NCBI RefSeq assembly: GCF_000760515.2
Contig: NW_013546645.1
Coordinates: forward strand, 45,158-65,157
Reading direction: 5' to 3'
Source of the DNA: Mitosporidium daphniae
Taxonomy: Eukaryota
DNA length: 20,000 bases
This document shows, piece after piece, positions 1 to 6,588 of the stretch. The position numbers and the translations under genes were made by a program. Numbering within the stretch: position 1 is the first letter of the stretch; each line of letters starts with the position of its first letter. Under the pieces are notes generated by a model that saw only the letters and a list, made by a program, of their open reading frames with translations, had not been told where the DNA came from and ran no database searches.

Positions 1-1
1 G

Positions 2-331
2 CGCTCGGTCACTACAATTCTTTACCTAATGGCGCTGCAGCAGAATGCTCTGTCGCCATTTCGGATTGTCGACGAAATTAACCAGGGCATGGACCCACGA
101 AACGAGAGACTCATTCACAAATTAATTGTGCATGCGATTGCGCCACGTAGTGCCGATGCAAACACGAATTCGGAATGCGTTAAGTCTCTGGGATCGCAGT
201 ATTTTCTGATCACGCCAAAGCTCCTACTTGACCTTGAATATGCAGAGCATACCAAGTTATTGTGTGTTTTAAACGGCACAGGGCTAGCGGATCAGCTTCC
301 GCCGACATTAACAACCCCTTGGGCATCTTGA
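2..331 (+). CDS. SMC5: SMC5 (structural maintenance of chromosomes 5), C-terminal ATPase head; 5'-partial, begins before the window
   Basis: Frame 2 is open from the window start: RSVTTILYLMALQQNALSPFRIVDEINQGMDPRNER...SQYFLITPKLL. This matches the SMC5-type signature, Walker B and D-loop (PFRVVDEINQGMDPRNER) and the QYFLITPKLL motif. Confidence 0.93.
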   Translation, partial: RSVTTILYLMALQQNALSPFRIVDEINQGMDPRNERLIHKLIVHAIAPRSADANTNSECVKSLGSQYFLITPKLLLDLEYAEHTKLLCVLNGTGLADQLPPTLTTPWAS

Positions 332-484
332 CTCGCTTTAACTTTAATTGATTGAAAATATTCGCCCACTGGCTGATGGTTCTCTTTAAAATCGTTCAAT
401 TAATTTTCAGCATTCCAATTAATTTTACTTTTAAATTAATTTCCATTCTTTTCGTCCCAGAAAGCCAATCTAGCCTTTACTCAG

Positions 485-796
485 ATGGACTTTGAGAATC
501 TCTCCGCTCATGAAAAGAAGCAAATGGTCACTCTGATAGAGGAAAAGCAGGTGTGTCGCCGTACTAATGTATAGGCCAAGCAATTTGTTACGTTGTTTGC
601 TTATGTGGTGGAAACATGCTTTGCAGACTGTGTGTCGGATTTTACATCCAAGTCTCTTACGGATAAGGAGGTACACACATCAGTTTCATCATAGGCTTCC
701 TGTGCATCTATCTGCACAGAAAAGATTTTGAAGCTGACAAATAGAATTGGGCAGCGGATGAGCGAGAAACAGGCAGCAGCACCAGCTCTCCAGTAA
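485..796 (+). CDS. TIM9: Mitochondrial intermembrane-space small Tim chaperone Tim9; exons 485-550, 575-670, 695-796; 87 aa
   Basis: Manual splicing of two GT-AG introns gives MDFENLSAHEKKQMVTLIEEKQ/AKQFVTLFAYVVETCFADCVSDFTSKSLTDKE/ASCASICTEKILKLTNRIGQRMSEKQAAAPALQ*. It has the twin CX3C motif (CFADC, CASIC) and Tim9-like DFTS..LT.KE and RIGQR segments. AATAAA follows at 812-817. Confidence 0.92.
551..574 (+). other. 24-nt spliceosomal intron 1 of TIM9 (phase 0)
   Basis: GTGTGTCGCCGTACTAATGTATAG, with a branch-point-like TACTAAT at 562-568. The terminal TAG is an in-frame stop, and removal restores Tim9 homology. Confidence 0.9.
671..694 (+). other. 24-nt spliceosomal intron 2 of TIM9 (phase 0)
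   Basis: GTACACACATCAGTTTCATCATAG. The terminal TAG is an in-frame stop, and removal restores the 15-residue spacing between the two CX3C motifs. Confidence 0.9.
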
Positions 797-1036
797 CTCC
801 ATAGGCTTGCCAATAAAAATTCACCATTGAGGCAAATTTTGCCGTTACACTTGATTTTCTGATTAACTTGGAATTACCGGCAAATTAAAATGCTAAATTG
901 TACAGAAAGGTTCCGTGCTCTTGCTGGGCTTCTGCCCCCACACGCACATGCGCACAGTGGTGGATAAGATTTTCCGTCCATGCTACAAATTTACGAACAC
1001 AAACTCATCTGGCCGCGCACCTAAAAGTTGTCTCTT

Positions 1037-2717
1037 TTATTGAGGATGATAATCGCAAGTTTTTTCTTTCGTCTTATAGTCAGCAATGTGGGAGATCTTA
1101 AGCTCTGGATCCTCAATGACATTAGAATACTCCAGTGTAATCTGTAACAAGACGGGATTGCATTTTTCAGACTCCATTTCTTTGGAATTAATTAGGTCAT
1201 AGGCAACTGATGGATAAAGCAATATGAAACATACCTTTTTTTAATTTATGCACAAACGACACCGCAAACGACTTGATGTCGGAAGTAAAAGAAATAGGGT
1301 CTTCTTGGTTGAATTGTTTAAAGTTTCCAATGGAAAAGCTAAACATTCCATTCTGCTGTGTGGTAACAAAGATGTTTGTGACCACAATGTTTCCATGACT
1401 AATATTGTGCGATCTCAAGCTATTTATCGAGGCAAACAGGCGTTTAAAAGCCTCAATAACCTGGGGGCTGTTTGCAGTCTCCGGCTTAGATTCAAAAAAT
1501 GAAGATAACGACTGTCCGGTCTCTGCATATTCATCTTCATACATATATCCCAATAGGTTCATTTTGTTTTCTTGCAAATCAATCAACAGGCCCTTTGGAT
1601 AGCGAAAGTCTTTGGATTCATTTTCATCAAAATAACGTATTATCTTGAGCTCGTCACCATATTTGAACTCATAAGTAAAGGGGGGTATCTTTAATATACC
1701 TTTCTTGAATTTTTCCAACGAAAATTTGAAATTTAAATCGTTTCCAGCGTCTGGGTTGTTCAATTCCCAACGAGCCAAATTTTCCCTTTTAGAAGAAAGG
1801 GTGTTGTCTTCTTTCACGGTAATATTTACACCGTGGGATTGAATTACAGCTGGCATCAGTACATGAGAATTCCATTCGAAGAAGTAACGAAGAATATCAT
1901 TCCGTAGTTCCTGCTCCTCTTCAGTAGCATTTGAATAATTGCTTTTGAAAAACTTTTGTACTAAATCTTCGTTTTTTAGAGTTGTCTGGCCAAAAAACTG
2001 CGATATTTTGTCGTCGTCCTTGAGAAAAGACTCCAAGGTTTCTGTAAGGATCAAGCGAAACATGGATTTGGACATAATATTCCAGACACTGAGTTCGAAT
2101 ATTTTTATAACAAAGGGTTTGTTATTAACAAAGCCTCTAGAAATGAAAAAGATTTTGAGAAATGATTCGATAGACTCGGTGCAATAAAAAGACCTAATCC
2201 ATTTGGGTGGGCTGCTAGTTTCGTTGGACGGGATTTTTTCTGCAGTAAAAAAGCCATCCTGCCTGGGAAAGTAAAACATGGGCTTCAATGCTGAAGGAAA
2301 ATACGTCCTATCTTGAGACCCATTGAAGAAAACATAAAAGTCGGTCACATTTTTCAACCTCCATGTGTAATCAGGATATTTACCTGCGAAATTACAGAAT
2401 AATCCATTAGCTCTGTTGTATTCAGCTTTTTGATCTTTGGAGGAATCTGTGGGGGAATCTGTGGAGGAATTTTTGGAGGAATTTGTGGAAGATATGAAAT
2501 AAGCGCTAAAGCCGATCACCGTGCATATCCCAGCTAGCTTGAATATATAAGTATGAAGATGCTTCGATCGAGAACGTGCCGGAACGGCCAGACCATATGC
2601 AACTCTTAACGCAAGTAGCGTAGCGATGCAAATACACGCTGTAATTGCTACAGTCAGCATGCCATCTAAACCCGTATAGTGGGTCTGCATCTTTTTTATG
2701 GAATTTTTTAGCCACAT
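1037..2717 (-). CDS. Orphan membrane protein, paralog A: two N-terminal hydrophobic helices, S/T-rich repeat stalk, variable central domain and C-terminal pseudokinase-like region. Exons 2717-1235 and 1206-1037, ~550 aa from ATG 2717 (alternative start ATG 2690).
   Basis: A long ORF (1197-2882) is joined in frame to ORF 1037-1222 by a 28-nt GTATGT...CAG intron (HKLKK/VAYDLINSK). The stop TAA overlaps AATAAA. The N-terminal half is identical to the 2901-4175 protein apart from the repeat copy number. The ORF-track start at 2882 is GTG, which is not a normal eukaryotic start. Confidence 0.75.
1207..1234 (-). other. 28-nt spliceosomal intron in paralog A (phase 1)
   Basis: Minus strand GTATGTTTCATATTGCTTTATCCATCAG has a canonical GTATGT donor and CAG acceptor. 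It links two ORFs in frame and matches the size of the other introns in the window. Confidence 0.75.
2433..2489 (-). repeat. 12-nt coding minisatellite, 4.75 units, consensus (T/C)CCA(C/A)A(A/G)ATTCC, encoding STNS/SKNS/STDS/PTDS
   Basis: Read directly on the minus strand: TCCACAAATTCC TCCAAAAATTCC TCCACAGATTCC CCCACAGATTCC TCCAAAGAT. Confidence 0.9.
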
Positions 2718-2900
2718 AAATGAGTCCTGTTTTTGGAGTGAGATTATCCGCGATGTTTTGGAGGAGGCGTTTTCGACTTTGGGGATCAAGATGGCACTGG
2801 GCGTGGCAGCTGCAGCCGCAGTTGATGGCTCCCCAGACGATGTCGGGCTTTTCAAAACCAGAGCCACAACGATTAAAAACACGAGAACGGTGACACATTT

Positions 2901-4175
2901 ATGTGGCTAAAAAATTCCATAAAAAAGATGCAGACCCACTATACGGGTTTAGATGGCATGCTGACTGTAGCAATTACAGCGTGTATTTGCATCGCTACGC
3001 TACTTGCGTTAAGAGTTGCATATGGTCTGGCCGTTCCGGCACGTTCTCGATCGAAGCATCTTCATACTTATATATTCAAGCTAGCTGGGATATGCACGGT
3101 GATCGGCTTTAGCGCTTATTTCATATCTTCCACAAATTCCTCCACAAATTCCCCCACAGATTCATCCACAAATTCCTCCAAAAATTCCTCCACAGATTCC
3201 CCCACAGATTCCTCCAAAGATCAAAAAGCTGAATACAACAGAGCTAATGGATTATTCTGTAATTTCGCAGGTAAATATCCTGATTACACATGGAGGTTGA
3301 AAAATGTGACCGACTTTTATGTTTTCTTCAATGGGTCTCAAGATAGGACGTATTTTCCTTCAGCATTGAAGCCCATGTTTTACTTTCCCAGGCAGGATGG
3401 CTTTTTTACTGCAGAAAAAATCCCGTCCAACGAAACTAGCAGCCCACCCAAATGGATTAGGTCTTTTTATTGCACCGAGTCTATCGAATCATTTCTCAAA
3501 ATCTTTTTCATTTCTAGAGGCTTTGTTAATAACAAATCTTTTCCTGGGGAAACCTTTCGTGATGAATTAGATCACCACATGAAATGTGTTGACAATCGAC
3601 AAAGCTTTCTTTTGATCCTTACGGAAAACTTGGACTCTTTTCTCAAGAACGACGACGAAATATCCCAGTTTTTTGACCAGAAAACTCTAAAAAACGAAGA
3701 TTTAGTACAAAAGTTTTTCAAAGGCAATTATTCAAATGCTGCTGAAGAGGAGCAGAAACTACGGTATGCTGTATCTACTCATTTCAAGAAATGGGCTGAT
3801 CATGCACTGGTGCCAGCTGTAATTCAATCCCATGGTGTAAATATTACCGTGAAAGAAGACAACACCCTTTCTTTTAAAGGGGCAAAAGGTAAAATCTGGG
3901 AATTGGGAAACTATGTTGCTAAAAACGATTCAAATTTCACCTTTTCGCTTCAAGGCTTGACGAGCGGTGTATTAAAGATACCCATTTTGGGTGAAAAGCT
4001 CGAACCTTTAGATCTGCTCAAGGGAATATATATTTGGAATCAAGATAAAATGGATAACTTGGATCATATGAATATGAATATGAAGGCTGCACAGGGCGCG
4101 TTGATTGATGCAAGTAATTCCACAATTACGCTATTGGGATACATGTATCGGAATTTAACCGCCAAAAATAGTTAG
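2901..4175 (+). CDS. Orphan membrane protein, paralog B, 424 aa (alternative start ATG 2928); same N-terminus as paralog A, no kinase-like tail
   Basis: Uninterrupted ORF with hydrophobic segments MLTVAITACICIATLLALRVAYGLAV and IFKLAGICTVIGFSAYFI, an S/T/N/D repeat and many N-x-S/T sequons. It is homologous to paralog A up to LLGYMY. I do not recognise the family. Confidence 0.8.
   Translation: MWLKNSIKKMQTHYTGLDGMLTVAITACICIATLLALRVAYGLAVPARSRSKHLHTYIFKLAGICTVIGFSAYFISSTNSSTNSPTDSSTNSSKNSSTDSPTDSSKDQKAEYNRANGLFCNFAGKYPDYTWRLKNVTDFYVFFNGSQDRTYFPSALKPMFYFPRQDGFFTAEKIPSNETSSPPKWIRSFYCTESIESFLKIFFISRGFVNNKSFPGETFRDELDHHMKCVDNRQSFLLILTENLDSFLKNDDEISQFFDQKTLKNEDLVQKFFKGNYSNAAEEEQKLRYAVSTHFKKWADHALVPAVIQSHGVNITVKEDNTLSFKGAKGKIWELGNYVAKNDSNFTFSLQGLTSGVLKIPILGEKLEPLDLLKGIYIWNQDKMDNLDHMNMNMKAAQGALIDASNSTITLLGYMYRNLTAKNS
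3129..3221 (+). repeat. 12-nt coding minisatellite, 7.75 units, encoding STNS STNS PTDS STNS SKNS STDS PTDS SKD
   Basis: Read directly; three units longer than its counterpart at 2433-2489. Confidence 0.9.
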
Positions 4176-4194
4176 TTCGAAGTTTGTTGGTGCG

Positions 4195-4248
4195 CCAATC
4201 GCCATTAAGAGGGGTCTATAAAATTAAAATTTAAAATATCAATTCCAC
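4195..4248 (+). promoter_or_regulatory. Putative compact core promoter of PRP18
   Basis: The 73-nt intergenic gap contains CCAAT (4195-4199), TATAAAA (4217-4223) and AAATTT (4227-4232) just before ATG 4249. Motif presence only; no transcript evidence. Confidence 0.4.
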
Positions 4249-5257
4249 ATGCAAGCATTGAAAGCCGAATTAGAGGCGAAAAAGGCATCACTTGAATATA
4301 CACGCTCAGAATCACGTAAATTGTACGTTGCAAGAAGAGATATTGAAAAAGAGCGCGTGAACTCGTATCTATCTGCACATGAGGAGCGCCAATTGGTCAA
4401 AAAGAGATGCATTCCCCCACAAGAGACTGTTCCGTGTCAGCCTATTTCTTCTGCAGAAAAAAAGGAAGCATTACCCCACCAAGCTTCTTACAGCAAAGCT
4501 GCAACGATAAAGATAAACACAATTGAAAATTCAGAGGAGAACCGATTTTCCACGCTTCTTTTCGAGCATCAAGACACACTTTCTCTCGATCTCAAGATGA
4601 ACAAAGAACACGGCATGACATCACACGAGTTCCTTTTCCTATTTTTCAAGTTTGTTCATTTTAATTTCTCACATTAGAAAATTGCTACTAGAATGGGAAA
4701 AGGCCGAGATCCGGCAAGAACCAACCAACGGACAGGTGCTCCATCCTCAACTGCCCCACGAGCATAAGCCCAGGGCATTTCCGGAAAATCAAATGGCCCT
4801 GAAGGGCGTCGAAACGAAAATGGACCAGCCTGAATCTTTGCATCTGAAGGTGATTAGCGAATTGCAGCCTGTTGTCAGGAACAAGCAGTTTCTTTCCGAA
4901 ATTTTTACCCAAACCAGCCAATATTTGATGCCGTTTTTTGTGCTTTTGCAAGAACAAAATATTCCGGACTCGGTGATTGAACACCTTATGGAGATTGTCG
5001 GCTTTTTGCAGACGAAACAATATGTCAAGGCAAACGACGCCTATATACGCCTCTCAATAGGTAATGCGCCATGGCCTATTGGCGTAACCATGGTTTGTAT
5101 ACATGAGCGTTCAGCTCGGGAGCGTATTCACTCGAATCAGGTAGCACATGTGCTAAACGATGAGCGTCAACGCAAGTGGATCCAGTCCATCAAGCGGTTG
5201 ATTTCCTTTTGCCAACGCGCATACCCACCTGCCCGTATTACGCAGGCTCTAGGCTAG
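4249..5257 (+). CDS. PRP18: Pre-mRNA splicing factor Prp18; exons 4249-4649 and 4678-5257; ~326 aa
   Basis: The C-terminal Prp18 domain reads YVKANDAYIRLSIGNAPWPIGVTMVCIHERSARERIHSNQVAHVLNDERQRKWIQSIKRL. The N-terminus MQALKAELEAKK resembles metazoan/fungal PRPF18 starts. The two ORFs join in frame through a 28-nt GT-AG intron (FLFFK/KLLLEW). Confidence 0.93.
4650..4677 (+). other. 28-nt spliceosomal intron of PRP18 (phase 2)
   Basis: GTTTGTTCATTTTAATTTCTCACATTAG; removal fuses ORFs 4249-4677 and 4652-5257 in frame. Confidence 0.85.
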
Positions 5258-5372
5258 CTATAAATACCGCAGGGTCTCGTCTCATTTGGAAATCGGGGGG
5301 GGGTTTAATTTCCATTTCGCTAGCGTTCTGACTCCGCCCTTTGATTTGTTTTGGTCTAGTTGTATGATTAGT

Positions 5373-6386
5373 TTATTGAAGGCTCCTTGGTTTAAGCCAG
5401 CGCGCCTGTATGAATGTGCGCTCGAGATCGAGGCCATCTCTCGCGTTCACGGTCCGCCGCGTGACGTACCTGTTTTCCAGGACTACAAATCCTGCTCCTG
5501 AAAAAAGCGCCTTCGCGTACTCTGCCAATAAATAGTAAATGGGCATGTCAAATGGGATCGGTGAAGGGTATGGTTAATGGTAAAGTTAGCCCGAATCACG
5601 GGTGATGATAGGAAACATAAAAAGTAAAGCGTGGAGGCCTACCTGCAGAAAAGAAGAAGGAAAGCGTCCCATCCTGCCGTACAAAAGTATGTTCGTCAAT
5701 TTTTCTGTCCTCTTTAAAGCGGAGCTGTGCCAAATCATTAACTGCATAATCGCGGAAGAAGAGCACACTACCTGGCCGGAGGAGCTAGGATTCAATGCAG
5801 AAAGGCTTACCTCAAAGGCATTCCGGACCACTAGATTATGGCTGGCTGGAGGTACTGCTGAAAGCATAAAGACGAGCGTCGCGAGTGTAAAGCTTGGATG
5901 CATCTTGGTCGTGTCAAGTAGGGAGTAAAAATTCTTCCATGTTGGGGCTGGACTGGCATCCAAGCACAGGCCTTGCATGCCAAAATTACAGTTAATGTCT
6001 TGATTCTTGTGCATGGGAAGGCCAAGGGCCAATTGACCCTGAGAGATATCTGTGGCAAAATCAAAAGCGGCCACCCAAAGCCGATGTGCAAACCGCTCAT
6101 ATTCGGGTGATTCCATGATCAGCTTTACTGCCTCTGTGGATATCTCGACACCATAGCAACGCAGCAATGGAAACTCTCTAAGTAACGGAAAAAGCAGATT
6201 CCCTACACCACACCCAATCTCAAGCAGGAAATGACCTTCCCCCTCTCCAGACAACTCTGCAAATTCAGTACCGAGCCAGTGACGATCACGGAAAAAGTGG
6301 TCCTTGTTACGACGATAAAAGAGATTCCAGCTCTTCTCACCACACTCAGAAAGGTATTTGGACGTCCAAAATGGCGGTATCACCAT
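5373..6386 (-). CDS. METTL6: METTL6/Trm141-like tRNA N3-methylcytidine (m3C32) methyltransferase; exons 6386-5811, 5784-5643, 5521-5373; ~288 aa
   Basis: Exon 1 has WNLFYRRNKDHFFRDRHW and SAM motif I LEIGCGVGNLLFPLL, then VFMLSAV. Spliced exon 2 reads LLRPGSVLFFRDYAVNDLAQLRFK...FVRQDGTLSFFF and exon 3 reads EYAKALFSGAGFVVLENRYVTRRTVNARDGLDLERTFIQARW. These match the METTL2/6/Trm140 family and are closest to METTL6 from memory. The ORF-track start at 6389 is GTG; the first ATG is 6386. Confidence 0.88.
5522..5642 (-). other. 121-nt spliceosomal intron 2 of the methyltransferase (phase 1)
   Basis: GTAGGC...TTGGCAG; removal restores family homology (FFFSA/EYAKALF). It contains GCTAAC at 5590-5585. 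Confidence 0.85.
5785..5810 (-). other. 26-nt spliceosomal intron 1 of the methyltransferase (phase 0)
   Basis: GTAAGCCTTTCTGCATTGAATCCTAG; removal gives NAFE/LLRPGS. Confidence 0.9.
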
Positions 6387-6588
6387 CACTTAAATGTACA
6401 AAATTTATTCAAACTTCGGACACCTCTGATAAGTGCGCATCCTTCAATTGAGCCGCGGCTATCGACCAAAAATCGGTGAGCCAAAGATCAGCATACCAAG
6501 GCACACGCTAATGATAGATGGCAAAAGGAAATTTCAATTTCGATGCCACGACCACCGGGAGTCTGACTTGGTGACCATCAGGGTTAGG

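Larger units (their letters stand above)
2118..3536. repeat. Long inverted repeat: left arm 2118-2722 (605 nt), right arm 2896-3536 (641 nt), 173-nt unique spacer 2723-2895
   Basis: By manual reverse-complement comparison I found no substitutions between the arms. The only difference is 36 nt (three extra 12-nt units) in the right arm. Weaker, blocky similarity continues outward to ~1539 and ~4148. Confidence 0.95.

Noticed and set aside
470..813. Minus-strand ORFs 470-676 and 601-813
   Set aside because: They are antisense to the spliced TIM9 gene, which explains the region.
891..1036. Possible extra 3' exons of paralog A (minus-strand MDGKSYPTTVRMCVWGQKPSKSTEPFCTI after a GT...TTTGTAG segment ending at 983)
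   Set aside because: This would require bypassing the TAA at 1039-1037, which coincides with AATAAA, and there is no homology support. It cannot be fully excluded without cDNA.
2433..3221. 12-nt tandem repeats as a possible CRISPR array
   Set aside because: The units are contiguous with no spacers, lie in frame within coding sequence, and the context is eukaryotic with no cas genes.
2118..3536. Inverted repeat as transposon terminal inverted repeats (MITE or foldback element)
   Set aside because: The arms are the coding 5' halves of two genes and fade into paralogous sequence instead of ending sharply. No transposase or target-site duplication is seen.
5258..5372. G9 run (5295-5303) in the convergent PRP18/methyltransferase gap as a possible ncRNA or G-quadruplex
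   Set aside because: It is a single homopolymer with no tRNA or snRNA-like fold that I can support.
4249..6389. Apparent frameshifts or split ORFs suggesting PRP18 and methyltransferase pseudogenes (also the stop at 19120 in TRA1)
   Set aside because: Each break is explained exactly by a GT-AG intron whose removal restores the frame and homology.
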